Origin: Leidyana gryllorum EB-2025a
Lineage: Eukaryota; Protista; Apicomplexa
Assembly: GCA_048772705.1 (NCBI GenBank)
Contig: JBLWGC010000033.1
Location: forward strand, 186,001 to 250,000
DNA: 64,000 nt
Reading direction: 5' to 3'
Shown here: positions 1 through 11,875 of the stretch, one piece after another
Layout of the letters: each line of letters starts with the position of its first letter
How positions within the stretch are numbered: position 1 is the stretch's first letter
Program-made: the position numbers and the translations under genes
Notes under the pieces: generated by a model
Told to the model about the DNA's origin: nothing
The model's input: only the letters and a program-made list of their open reading frames with translations
The model's database searches: none

Positions 1-597
1 CTCGTAACGGTGGACATCAGGACCGAAGGCTGGGGGAACCACTGCAACCGTTCCTGAAGGTGATTCATAGTCGTCGGGCAGTTCTGGAGCTGGCCGTGCT
101 TCAGGCTCAGTGGCAGCAGAAGGCGCAGCTCTGTCCCGTGGCGGCTCCTGTGCCCTCTCCCGCTGCTGGTTTGATGCCTGAGAAGGGGGGGCTTCTTCCT
201 CTTCCCCTTCCTCTTCCCCTTCCTCTTCCCCTTCCTCTGCTTCTCGCTCGAATTGCGGCCCAGGTGCGTTGCGTGGGGGTTCTATGAACTCAGAGGCTTC
301 GGGCACTGGCCTCACCGGCTGAACCTGAGCTCCCGGTGGAGGGCCCTGATACGCCTCTGTCTCCTCTGCCGGCTCGTCCGCCGGGTAATCTTCCTCCATA
401 GCTTGGCCTTCGTCCTCAGGCATATCCTCACGTTGGGGTTGGGTACCACGCTGCACGACCTGAAGATCGGGGATTGGCATAAACCTGGGTTCCTGCGGGG
501 GCAGCTGTGCTGGCAAAGGTTCAAAACGTGACGACGGCCGGATAGACTGAGCATCGGCCGCAGCCAGAGCCGATACAAAGAAGAAAAGGTGACGCAT
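1..597 (-). CDS. Secreted acidic/Pro-rich protein (5' part; runs off window start)
   Basis: ATG at 597 opens MRHLFFFVSALAAADAQ (signal-peptide-like). The frame stays open for 199 codons to position 1 and includes an EEGE repeat. Not in the ORF track because its stop lies outside the window. Confidence 0.75.
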   Translation of the reverse strand, partial: MRHLFFFVSALAAADAQSIRPSSRFEPLPAQLPPQEPRFMPIPDLQVVQRGTQPQREDMPEDEGQAMEEDYPADEPAEETEAYQGPPPGAQVQPVRPVPEASEFIEPPRNAPGPQFEREAEEGEEEGEEEGEEEEAPPSQASNQQRERAQEPPRDRAAPSAATEPEARPAPELPDDYESPSGTVAVVPPAFGPDVHRYE

Positions 598-657
598 TTG
601 AGGAGGAGCAAAGGTGTGTGGGTGGGAAACACGCGTGCTCCCTAACTAAAAAGTACC

Positions 658-3455
658 ATGTCTGAAGCCACAACCCCGTCGAAACGCCGAACAGTGCAAC
701 AAAGCCCACGCTCACCGGGCGAGCTGCAGCAATGGAGCGCGCAAGCGATTGCGAGGGGCGGGACTATGGTGGCTGGTGGAACTACTGAAACATTGTCAGC
801 CCCGATTGTGCTGAACTGTTATTCGGACAAGTCATTCGTAGCCGAAGCCTCCCGGGTTCTGGTCGATAAGATCCGTGAATCGGTGTGTGTGGAGTGCCCC
901 GATGGCATCATGGGATGGAGTGGGAAATATGCCATCGTTGGTCTGTCCGGTGCGTGGACGTAGATGGCTGTGTAGATTGTAAGTGTTGATGACTGTAGGA
1001 GGTAGCACTCCTGAGCCGGTGTACCGTGCTGTATGCTCCTACATGAAAGGCGATGGCCGAAATGAGTTGGATTGGACCAAAGTAATCTTCTTCATGGTGG
1101 ACGAACGATATGTGCCGGAGGATCACAAGGACTCCAATGTGCGCATGATCAAAGAGTCTCTCTTAGCTGGTAGGAATCCCGTTGAGCCTCGACACTGTCT
1201 CACAGAAGGTGTTCCCGTCCCCGAGAAGAACTTTCTTTACCCCAACACGACATTGCCGCTGGAGACTTGTGTATCTGACTATGAGAAAAGGCTCGCTGAT
1301 CTCTTCGCCTTCTCCAGACCGACAGTCTTAGTTCTGGGAATCGGTTCAGATGGTCATTTGGCATCGTGGTTCCCCCCCATGACACCCGAAGAGAGCTTCA
1401 ATGCTTATGATCCCTTCCACTTAGTCAGCCACACTACTCAGGACCGGTAAGCGCAAAGTCCTGCTATGGACCGGCCGCAATCTATGTCGCCAGATTCGCG
1501 GTCAAGGATCGAATCACAGTCTCAATGCACCTTATTCTGTCTGCTCGAGACAAGATCTTCTTTCTCAAGGGCAAAGACAAGGGTGACGTCTATCGACGAT
1601 TGACACGTCAGCCGCCTTCTCGAGAGGCGATCCGAGCAGAACCGCTGCTGCAGGTGCTGCGCAGCAAGGCAGTCACAATCGTCACAACGCCCCCGCTCGA
1701 GAGTGACCCCATTACTGAAATGCACGCGTGTTGGAGAGACAATCAAGAGCATTTGACGGTTATCATTCTTGGCGCATCAGGCGATTTGGCGCAGAAGAAA
1801 ACATTCCCCGCGCTATTCTCGCTCTATCTCGCCCGCCATCTCCCCGACGACTTTCACATCGCCGCATTTGCCCGATCGGCTTTGACTGTGGACAGTCTGT
1901 TCGACAAGTTGCGCCCCAAACTATTGACCATCAGCCAACAATTCTCACTTCAAGATCACACTGAAGAAGAGAAACAACTGCAGGATTTCAAATCTCATAT
2001 CTCATTCCATCACTGCTCGTCCTACCACTCAGAAGAGTAAGATGCCCTGACCTCGAGAGCCTCTCTTGAGTGACGCCCTCCGTCCACCCCTCAGCATCGC
2101 TTGTTGGCTGCTCAATCTTTGTCTTCAGGGATGCCAAGGCGTTGAATCAGCATCTTGAGAATGTGGTTGAGAAGAATTTTAAGCGATCTAATCGTATGAT
2201 CTATCTGGCATTGCCCCCGAATATCTTCGCCGAGGCGGTGACTGTAATTCGAAAAAACTGCTGGTCAAATAGCGGTAAGCTTCCTCAAGCATCACTTCCC
2301 AGCTCACTTCACTCTGCGTCTTCAGGATGGAATAGAGTCATCGTCGAAAAACCCTTCGGCCGAGACTCTGAAAGCAGCCGAGAGTTGAGTAACGCCTTGA
2401 GCAAAGAAGTTCAGGAATCGGAAGTCTTTCGGATCGATCACTACTTGGGTAAAGAAATGGTTTTGAACCTCTTAGTGCTACGCTTCGCAAATGTGTTCAT
2501 GGAGCCTTTGTGGAGTCGTCACATCGTTTCGTGTGTTCGTCTAACCTGGAAAGAGGTGAGCGCGATACGCGCAAGAGCTGTTTCTGCCAAACATTGCTTC
2601 TGTCGGCAGCCCACGGGAACAGGAGGACGGGGCGGATACTTCGATCACTATGGGATCATTCGGGATGTCATGCAGAACCATATGCTTCAGATTTTGTCAT
2701 TGGTGGCGATGGAAAGACCTGTTAGTCTTGAAGACGAGGATGTCAGAGACGAAAAGGTCAAAGTACTCCGCTGCATCAAACCCGCCCGGCTGGAAGATAC
2801 CGTTATTGGACAATACACAGCCGGAGAGGATATGGAAGCATACACTGAAGATCCTGGGGTACCCAAAGACTCCCGTACCCCAACGTTTGCGACCACTGTG
2901 TTGCATATCGACAATGACCGATGGAGTGGGGTTCCATTCATCATCAAAACTGGAAAAGCTCTCGAGAAACAAATCACCGAAGTACGCATTCAAATGCGCT
3001 CGGTATGTGCGAATTTGTTCGGTGATCCGCTGCCGAACAATGAATTTGTTATACGAATCCAACCAAGTGACGCCATCTATCTCAAATGTGTGGGGAAGCA
3101 ACCTGGGCTCGCCAATAGATTGGTCGAAACGGAGCTGGATCTGTCCGTATTGGAACGGTTGCAGGTCGGGCGAGTTAGTGACGCATACGAAAGGTTGCTG
3201 CTTGATGTGGTGAAGGGCGATAAAAGAAAGTAAGCTCCCAATCGCTCGATCCTCATTGCCCCCGACAGTTTCGTTCGCACTGACGAGCTCCGAGAGGCCT
3301 GGAGAATTTTCACCCCTCTGTTGCAAGAACTTGAGGAACGGAAAGTCAAGCCAATATTGTATCCAGCTGGCAGCAAGGGCCCCGAAGCGTCGTACAACTT
3401 GATCACTCAGTGTGGATACATCATGAATGAGGGTTATGTCTGGAAAAAAGGCTAA
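658..3455 (+). CDS. GluPho: Bifunctional 6-phosphogluconolactonase / glucose-6-phosphate dehydrogenase (GluPho), 7 exons
   Basis: 6PGL motifs GLSGGSTP, VDERYVP, LGIGSDGHLAS; G6PD motifs GASGDLAQKK, EKPFG, RIDHYLGKE, DVMQNH. GT-AG introns at 950-998, 1447-1493, 2037-2128, 2275-2325, 2556-2609, 3230-3268. Confidence 0.96.
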
Positions 3456-3549
3456 TTGAGGGCGCCGTCTCTTGCAAAATGGACAAGTGCCTGTGCGTGA
3501 TCGTGTGTGTGTCTTATCGAACGAAAGTGTGGAGTTGTGCTTGAGTGTT

Positions 3550-4949
3550 CTATTGAGCCACCGGATTGGGTTGGAAAGCGCCCAGAATGGGTAGCGATTG
3601 CGCGGCAGTGCTGGAAAGATTCTCATTCATGCTGCAGAGGATGAGCACTTATTGAACAACACTTGAAGATTTTGTTACCTGCGTTGCCACACTTCCGCCA
3701 ACTTGTCTTTCTTCCTGGGCCGACCCCGTTTCCTTTTCACACCGGTCTGGAGCTGGACTGGTAAGCCAAACTCATCTTCCCCTAAATAAGGACCATTTGC
3801 GGGTTGCTCGTCCCCATCAATGTTCATTGGTGGCAATGGAGGACCAGTCTGCCCTGCTTCGCACTGGAGTGGATACTTGCGTTTCTTGTAGACCATGAGC
3901 TCCGCTCTGAGGCGCTGACAAATGGCCAATTTGAGAGCTGCATGGTACCCAAATTTCCTGGAACTAAATGTCGCACAGTGGCGTTTATGAGTATCTTGTG
4001 GAAGCCAACTAGCCACCCATGCCTTAGTGCTCCCGTTCCAACCAACTCCCCTGATTGGACATTGTGGCGGCTTGGTGACAGCTTCGATCTCTTCTATGGT
4101 GGGCTCAAAATCAACTGCAAAGTAGCCCGCTTCTTTGCATCTGGCTAACAATTGATTGACGAGTGGGGCAATAGACTTTTTGATCTCAAGAATTAGGGGG
4201 TGGATGACCAGTTGGGCAAACGATTTTCTGCCTAGAATGATTGGCCCGAAGGTGAGGGAAAGAGAGGTGGTCTTTCTCCGTTTGGCCGGGGGGCCATCAT
4301 CTGGGCTGTCCTCGTTCCAGTCAGGATGGACATCCTCAATTTTCCGCCTCCGACTGGGATCCACCTGAGATATGACATAAACCAGGACCTTCCGGGCGAG
4401 GTTATCGACAGCTGCCTCCCATAGCTCCCGTTGGGGCGCGAGGACGGCGAGCTCGTTGGTGTCGATATCCATGCAGGTAGCGAGGATCTCAACAAAAAGA
4501 CTATCCATCACCACCCCCTTCTCCATGAGATCGCCAACCACTAATTCTTCTCCTGCCCGCCCCGCTTGTAACAAGGAATTAATGTTCATCTGCTGAGCCT
4601 CCAAAACATCTTGCATGCCCACTACAGTACCGGGAACGAACTGAGTGGTTCCTTCTGTCGCGTAAGGATCAACAATCTCTTGATTCGGGCAAGGCTTGCC
4701 AATAGTGTCGTATGGCATGACCAAGCTGAGCGGATCCATCATAGCAACTTGGTCTTGCTGATCTTCGGCCTGCATTGGTACGCCATCATCCTCTCCCCCG
4801 ATAGTACTCTGTAGAAGCTGAGCTGCATAATCTCCAGGTGAATAATTATCATCTATAGGAGTCTCCCATGGGATGTCTGCGGCCATCTGGGACCATTGTG
4901 GGTAAGAGTCATAGTTAAATTCCGATTTGGAGTCATAATAGCCATCCAT
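3550..4949 (-). CDS. ApiAP2 transcription factor with C-terminal AT-hook
   Basis: AP2 signature IRGVGWNGSTKAWVASW...FSSRKFGYHAALKLAICQR; AT-hook KRKRGRPRKK. First ATG at 4949. An intron near 3632-3678 extends the CDS to TAG at 3550. Confidence 0.88.
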
Positions 4950-5039
4950 GGTGTGGAATCTCAGAAAGGACACATTTTCATGGGCATGAAGTAGGTATGG
5001 CGGGTGGCGAAAACACCCGTGCGAACATTTTTTCGCACC

Positions 5040-6199
5040 ATGTTGAGAAGCCAGAAACGGCTCCTGAAGGAGTATCTGCACAAAAACGATGCTGCAGAGG
5101 ACAGAGAGAAGCTGGTTGGTGACAAGAAACGTCTGAGGAAGGCTTTAGAGGAAAATAAGGTGCGATTATTTGACAGTTAGAAAACTATATCCATTTACCT
5201 TACAGCCAATCCCAGACGACCTCAAGAATAATATACAGCTCCGCCAGAAGCTCGATTTGGAAGATGAGAATACCCTGACAGTGGACAGGGATGACGAGTA
5301 CCGGATGGCCGGAAGATATGAACCTCGCATACTCATAACAACTTCTACCAGTCCCAGCCAGCCGTGCGTTCGGTTTGCCAAAGAACTGAAGCTCCTTTTC
5401 CCGAACTCCGAGCGGATAAACAGAGGTGAGCAAGTCTTCGATGCGCACCCGCTGCGTTGAGCGGACATATCTATGCGATGTGACTGTACCCGAGCACTTG
5501 TGGAGTTCGTTCACTTTTGGCCAACCCACGCGTGTGGAGACACCATTTTCACTTCTCAGGTCAAACGTCCGAGAAGGACTTGGTCGATCTATGCAGAAGG
5601 GATGATATTACCGATCTCGTCGAGATATCGGGGGCAGACGGTCAGGGTCGACCGACTATGATGCGGGTGTGTCACTTCCCCTTTGGGCCCACTGCAGTCT
5701 TCACCCTGACGGATATTGTGATGCGTGCTGATCTGCCTGAGAAGCCACCCCACATGACCCAGGCCAAACCGAACTTAATATTCCATCGCTTTGAGACCAA
5801 AACAGGTAACAACTGGTTGGCTGCAAGATATCACTTTCGATCTAAAATTGAATAGGCAAGCGAATCTGCAGCATTTTGAAGCATCTTTTTCCGGTGGCGG
5901 GCGAGAAGTCTTGTCGTGTGATAACGTTCGCGAACGTGGACGACCAGATTGTTGTCCGTCAGCACGTTTGGAAGTCTAACTCCACTTTGAGAAAGTTCCG
6001 CCAGAACGATCCTGCATTACAAGACATGACGGCTGCTGAGAAGTCCAAGCTGATGCAACGGATTGAGGTGGATGAGATCGGTCCGAGATTTACATTGGTA
6101 CCGTTCAAGATAACGCGTGCGACATTAGAGGATAAAGTGGCTGAGGCCGAGTGGAATAAGGCTACTTTTATTCGGAAGGCTAAGGCTGTTTTGGCATAG
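5040..6199 (+). CDS. IMP4: U3 snoRNP Brix-domain protein IMP4, 4 exons
   Basis: MLRSQKRLLKEYL...LEENKPIP, DDEY, PRILITTS, HFPFGPTAVF, EIGPRF. Introns at about 5160-5205, 5426-5559, 5806-5854. Confidence 0.92.
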
Positions 6200-6317
6200 G
6201 CAATTGGGACGATTTTTTTTCAGTGTTCCAAAATCATTAGGATCGAACCTCTAACATTTTGGATTCGCTTTGGTTCTACCACCGCACACACGCAACTGAA
6301 AAGGTGGCGCTCGGCTG

Positions 6318-7359
6318 ATGAAGGACATGCTGGACTACAACTCGAGTTCTGCAGACTTGTGTGATCGGCCGAATCTTCAGAAAGTCGTCGAAGATGACAG
6401 TTCGAGCCGTTTCTATAAGACCAGGATGTGTCAATTCTATCAAAAAGCTGCCTGTGTCAAAGGTTCGGCGTGTAGTTATGCCCGTAAGTGATGTTTCACT
6501 GTGGATCGCTATCGTGGCTTTAGATAGCGTAGAAGAACTACGTCCAACTCCTGACCTACTGAAGACTCGATTATGTCAGGATTGGTTGAATGGCAAATGT
6601 ACTCTAATGAATTGCAAGTTTGCTCACGGTCGCCATGAGCTCCGATTTACTCACGATTACTACAAGACAAAAATATGCCACTTCTGGCAACAGAGCGGAT
6701 GCACGAAGGGGGCCTTTTGCCGTCACGCACACGGTGTTCACGAACTCCGACCTGCTCCGCCCCGTGAAGAAGACGGCTTTTCACACTCGTCTACGCGAAG
6801 TTCAGCATCAATGATCAACGTGCGTACGCCGTTGGCGGACCGTCTATCCATGGATCGGAGTCCTGTCCAACATGGCGGAGGGCTCACGGACCATCATAGC
6901 CATGATCATCATGGTCATGGCCATGTTCCCACCACATCACTAACAGCACACTCACCGACACACAGTCGGCAGCAACACAATCACCTCCATCACCACCATG
7001 CCGCTCACCTAACAAATACCCATCAGCAACTACCACCACCTAATTCTGCCCCCCTCACCGTAGCACAACAGCAAGCGTACGCACAGTTGCAGCTCCAAGG
7101 TCTTGCTCAACAACAACTCCTTGGCGGTGGCGGCGGCGCCTCGGCGTCGGGTGGAAATTCCCCTAACCGCCACAATCCAAAGAACAGCAGCGACTTCCGA
7201 TCTTTACCGGCCGAAGATCCCTCCTCCTCCACCTCAGGATCCCCACCGTTGGATCTAAATGCAACTTTGATTGCTGCACTGCTAACAGAAACTCCTCAAA
7301 TTGACCGAGAGGCCATCCTGATGGCTTTGTTGTTGGGGCAATTGGGTAATAAACAGTGA
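6318..7359 (+). CDS. Tandem CCCH zinc-finger RNA-binding protein (TIS11/ZFP36-like), 3 fingers
   Basis: FYKTRMC..C..CSYAH, LKTRLC..C..CKFAH, YYKTKIC..C..CRHAH; intron 6484-6523; His/Gln-rich tail. Confidence 0.9.
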
Positions 7360-8823
7360 AGAATGCCGGGGAGGAAGCGACTACTGAGTGAGTGGTGTGT
7401 GCTCATGAATAGCGCTAAATACCTGCCGCTACCTGAAGAATGGATTTTGGAGTTTGAGAAGTGAAGATATGGCACTTCAACGATAAGTTTCACTGGCGAA
7501 GGCATGGAAGTCCCCTCCCCCCACCCCCACACTGCGCACTCATCGGTTGCACTTCACCCACTACCTGGGCAGAGTCAAGTATAAATGGCGGCACAAAGGT
7601 GATTACCCATCACCTAATCGTTCTCGGCCGGAAATTAAATTTCTGACTCGTAACTGGCTGGCTTTCCATTCGACAAGAAATGAGGCGAGGTCATTCTCTC
7701 AGGACCAACTGATTTTACTATGCAGCATCATGGCATACTTCCATATAACACTGCTGTTTACTGCGGTGCGGTGCGGTCCCTTCTCTGTATATGCCGAAGA
7801 AGCCTTATATTACTATTGGTCCCTCTCCGCTCGATTTTTGCTTATGAGGGTTTAAGAACGTACGCATACTACAACGCGTGTTGCACACACGAACCGAACA
7901 TACTACACACACATTACGCACATACATACGCCTCACACAATCAATCCACAGCCAGTGGGTGAATCTAAACCTTTCGAGCCTCATTTAACCACCGGAGAGC
8001 CCCCAAGATAATTGTTACAGTGCTTAATGACATTTGGCCGCCGTCATCCAGTCCGTCCAATCATCATTTATCCATTTGTGGGATCCTGACCTGCGGCCAT
8101 TGTATCCCATTTAATCATTCCGCCGCCTCCTGCCCCCGTGTTGCCTCGACTTGTGTAATATTGTTGCTGTTCACAATTGGTTATTTCTTGATTGATTGGG
8201 CGATGCCTTTCATTATAAAGGTCATTCATCTATTTTATTATCAACAGCTCTTCGGCTCCTACTTGGCTGCCTTCTGGTCACGCCATCCCGTTCCGGACTT
8301 TGTGCCTCCCTTACGACTGTAGACCAACCAAGTTATTCAGAATGACCGATCCGTGGACCAAGAGCCCCTGTGTTTTGCTAGTGTGACAATCACAATTTGA
8401 CAGCTGTTTAACTACGCGGCAGTTGTTCAGCCGGTGTGACACTGGCTGCCAATTGAAGCTCACGCAAAACGCCTCTATGATCTCCCACTCTGTACCAAAA
8501 CAATATGGGTAAGCACCATCAAGTTGTCGTGTTCCCCGTCTCGTGCCGAACACACGTGTGCGATGCGCCAAAGTAAAAGTTTGTGAGCAGTACGTCTTCA
8601 CGGCGGCCACAAACCACACTCGATTGCTATGAATGGCTGCGACACCCTCAGCTGGCTAATTTCTTATTAAACACATCTCCACCCCCATTGTGATCATCAC
8701 GGAATGCAAGTGTGTGCGACGATATTTTAATGGAATTATTGGGGCAGGATCGCTGCACGATGTAAACAGAACGATATAGGAGTGTACTGTATACTGATCC
8801 AATCTGCGCACCCCATTGCAGTC

Positions 8824-10119
8824 ATGTCAGTACTCGATGGTGTTAGCAATCAATACAGCCTGCCACCATCTGATCTTTCTCATCGTCAACCTTTCCCGTC
8901 TACACCAGTGATCTACATTCAACCGGGATTGCGTTATCCGATGACTCCGGACGAGTGGGAGCTGTGCAATGTCGCCAATCTGCGTTTCTCCTTTCAAGTT
9001 CACAGACAGGCGATACCTGCTGGATACCATTTCGGTTTCACGGATTCTGGCCACTTTGCAGTGAGCTTCGGTGGACAGATCGTTCAGGTGAGTGAAGCTA
9101 GTGGAGGTGAAAACGACGCGCTCATCAATCAGCTCGATCCTTGCAATTTATACCGCAACTTGGACGACGCACACGCTGCCCCATTGACAGATCCCTCTAC
9201 AAATGAGCAGTTCAGACTATTGATGGATGCTGCGAAGAGTTCGGGATCCTCTTCCGCCCCTGGCTGCCCCGCATTTTCTAATGGGGCTGGCACCTCACCA
9301 TCTGCAGCTGGTTTACCTGCAAACAATTTATTTCATTTGTCTACGGATACGCATGCTTACTCCTTGGAGCCCACTAGCCACTTGAACAATGTCACCTCAA
9401 TACCATCTTCTGAACCTCAGTATGATGAATTCGCGTCCGGCGAGATACAGTGTCCAGAGGTTGTGCAGGACGCGGGACTTATTCATCAAGGTCGTCAAGA
9501 TCCTGCAAATGAAGGGCTCGATGACGTTCATGTCCCTATTTTTGAGTCTCACCATCCTTCCCCGTCAAGCGACAAGAGATCTGCCGAGTCTTCTTGCTCC
9601 TCCTCGACGGGCTCATCCCCTTCCCCTTCCAACTCCCGCGAACAGAAATCGAATGACGACAGTGAACAGGGAACTCCAATGTCGACAGCGTCTACCATTC
9701 GGCGGGATAGCACAACATATGCTGGCAATCCAAGCACCAAAGATGCAGTGGACAATGAAGATACCAAACCCCCCCCGCCTCCCATGAAATGCCACCAACA
9801 GACCCAGACCCCCTCACAGGCCCAAGGTTCCTTTTTGTCCTCACTCGGCAAGAAACCGTCTACTGGTCCCAAATCGCCTTTCGATCTATGGAGAGCGGAC
9901 TTCGGTCCTTTGCTCCCCGTTCCTGAAGCTGAGGCTCCCATTGGTCAGGAAAAACTCCTTCGAAAGCGGAGAAAAGGATATTCTCTCAGGCGGCGGGCTT
10001 ATCCCATCTGGGACCCTGCCACAGATCCTCGAGAGCCCCAGGAATTTCAGCTGCAGGAGATTGAGATGACTACTGTAGACTTCACAGAATTTGCATCGCG
10101 TTTTCGTCAGTGTGTTTAG
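8824..10119 (+). CDS. Hypothetical protein, Ser/Pro-rich with a basic NLS-like segment
   Basis: Long intronless ORF (first ATG 8824) with LLRKRRKG near the C-terminus; no family recognised. Confidence 0.7.
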   Translation: MSVLDGVSNQYSLPPSDLSHRQPFPSTPVIYIQPGLRYPMTPDEWELCNVANLRFSFQVHRQAIPAGYHFGFTDSGHFAVSFGGQIVQVSEASGGENDALINQLDPCNLYRNLDDAHAAPLTDPSTNEQFRLLMDAAKSSGSSSAPGCPAFSNGAGTSPSAAGLPANNLFHLSTDTHAYSLEPTSHLNNVTSIPSSEPQYDEFASGEIQCPEVVQDAGLIHQGRQDPANEGLDDVHVPIFESHHPSPSSDKRSAESSCSSSTGSSPSPSNSREQKSNDDSEQGTPMSTASTIRRDSTTYAGNPSTKDAVDNEDTKPPPPPMKCHQQTQTPSQAQGSFLSSLGKKPSTGPKSPFDLWRADFGPLLPVPEAEAPIGQEKLLRKRRKGYSLRRRAYPIWDPATDPREPQEFQLQEIEMTTVDFTEFASRFRQCV

Positions 10120-10336
10120 CATGTGTGTTGATAACCGACAACTCATAAAAAGCCTACTAATATACTATACTACCTAGTGACGTACTCTTCCATTCGCGGT
10201 AGCTCTTTGTAAGGTCTTGAGGACCCTCCAATTGCCATTGTGAGTTCAATGCAACTTATTCGTTGTGATTCGGAGCTGTTCGATTCAAATGAGCATTGCT
10301 ACAATCTAATCTATTGAAAGCTACACTCTCCTTCAT

Positions 10337-11623
10337 TTAAGCGGTATACTCGATGTGAAGCTTCTTCGGGCGGTCGACAACCTTCACAACCACAGCTGCC
10401 GTCTTGCACTCAGTGGTACACTCGATTTCGGGGCACTCGTCAGTGCTGCCCGGCGACGTAGTGGTAGTTGCCACGGTAGTAGTAGTCGTGGGTTCTGGTG
10501 TGGTAGTGGTGGAAGTGGTGGTTGTCGGCTCGGTGGTTGTTGTGGTAGTAGTTGTAGGCTGAGCGGTGGTGGTAGTAGTGGTAGTGGTAGGCTCAGTCGT
10601 GGTGGTTGTGGTGGTGGTAGTGGTAGGCTCAGTCGTGGTGGTAGTGGTAGGCTCAGTCGTGGTGGTAGTGGTGGTAGTGGTAGGCTCAGTCGTGGTGGTA
10701 GTGGTGGTAGTAGTGGTAGTAGTAGGCTGAGTAGTAGTGGTGGTTGGCACAGTGGTGGTGGTGGACGGGGCAGGGGTCGTCGGTCCGGCAGTGGTGGTGG
10801 TAGTCGCGCAAGCCGTCTCAGTCACGGACTTGATGACCTTCAAAACGCTAGTCATGATGTCGGAAGAATCCTCAGCAATGTACTGATAGAAGTCAGATGG
10901 CTGGCCGAGGAGATCTTCGTTGACCCATTGCCAGGCGGCGGTAATATTCTGCCAGGCAGGCGTCAAGATGGCAAGATAGATGTTCTTGGCTTTCAAGGCT
11001 GCAGCCATCTGGTCGGCACTCGGATATTCGTAGTTGCGGCAGGAGAGGTCAACATTGGGGAGACTGATGGTACCGGGGTTAGCCGGGAGACCCTGAGGAA
11101 CAGTCTCGAATTGAGACAGCAGGGCCATGTCACCCGGCAGATGCGGGGGGGCATCAGTGGACATGATGACAACATGGGCACCAACACCGTTGCCAGCGCG
11201 AGTGTCCTCGAGGATATCGTGCCAGCCGACAGAGGGGTCTTGAGCAATGTCAATCAAAGCCTGGAACTGAGCCTCGGGGAGATCACCACCACCAGAAGCA
11301 TACAGCTTGTCGTAGTCGGCTTTGAAAGTAGCAACTTCGCCAGTCAGGGCACCATTGAGCTTATAACAGAAGTCAGAGTCTTGTTGGCCGAGGGGATAGT
11401 AGGGTTTGTCTTTGAACTCGGCGACACCAAAGTAAGACTCGGGATTCTGCTCCAAGATGGCAGCAACCATATCGTCAATCTGGCTGACAACGATGGGCAA
11501 ATCCTTCTCGAAAGATCCAGTAGTGTCTTGAAGAAACATCACATCAATGGGCAGATAACATTCCTCTTCAGCTTGCACGCCGATGACAGCAGCCACCAAG
11601 CAGAATGCGCCAGAGAACTTCAT
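10337..11623 (-). CDS. Secreted integrin-beta-like vWA domain protein with Thr-rich mucin stalk (copy 1)
   Basis: Signal peptide; MIDAS-like DTTGS; FKDKP, GGDLPEA, STDAPPH and EYPS motifs typical of the integrin beta I-like domain; (T)nEP repeats; no TM helix. Confidence 0.9.
   Translation of the reverse strand: MKFSGAFCLVAAVIGVQAEEECYLPIDVMFLQDTTGSFEKDLPIVVSQIDDMVAAILEQNPESYFGVAEFKDKPYYPLGQQDSDFCYKLNGALTGEVATFKADYDKLYASGGGDLPEAQFQALIDIAQDPSVGWHDILEDTRAGNGVGAHVVIMSTDAPPHLPGDMALLSQFETVPQGLPANPGTISLPNVDLSCRNYEYPSADQMAAALKAKNIYLAILTPAWQNITAAWQWVNEDLLGQPSDFYQYIAEDSSDIMTSVLKVIKSVTETACATTTTTAGPTTPAPSTTTTVPTTTTTQPTTTTTTTTTTTTEPTTTTTTTTTEPTTTTTTEPTTTTTTTTTTEPTTTTTTTTAQPTTTTTTTTEPTTTTSTTTTPEPTTTTTVATTTTSPGSTDECPEIECTTECKTAAVVVKVVDRPKKLHIEYTA
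10460..10805 (-). repeat. Coding ACN (Thr) tandem repeat, mucin stalk of vWA copy 1
   Basis: GGT/AGT triplet runs on + strand, punctuated by GGCTC (EP). Confidence 0.9.
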
Positions 11624-11875
11624 CTTGAAAGAAAGCAGAAACTAGAACAGGAGTGGAGAGATGAGTGAATGAGTGAGTGAGTGAGTGAGTTGCACTGCTT
11701 TTCGGGGAGCAAGTATGGAGACGCCGTCTCCGCCCACTCTTCCTAAGGGCGTGGTCTGGTGAATGAGATAAGTGCAAGTCAATGCCAGTTTGATAGTTTC
11801 CCTTTCAAATGTTGAATGTGCAGTGTTCAATCTCATGGCTAGTGTCGTTCATCTAAAACTAAGAGACTCTTACAT

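Noticed and set aside
60-287. Plus-strand (LP)n ORF
   Set aside because: It is antisense to the EEGE repeat of the minus-strand secreted protein.
7617-7629. ATCGTTCTCGGCC resembling the U2 snRNA 5' end
   Set aside because: The branch-pairing GTGTAGTA and the rest of U2 do not follow.
10270-10295. GTTCGATTC resembling a tRNA T-loop
   Set aside because: No cloverleaf stems can be formed around it.
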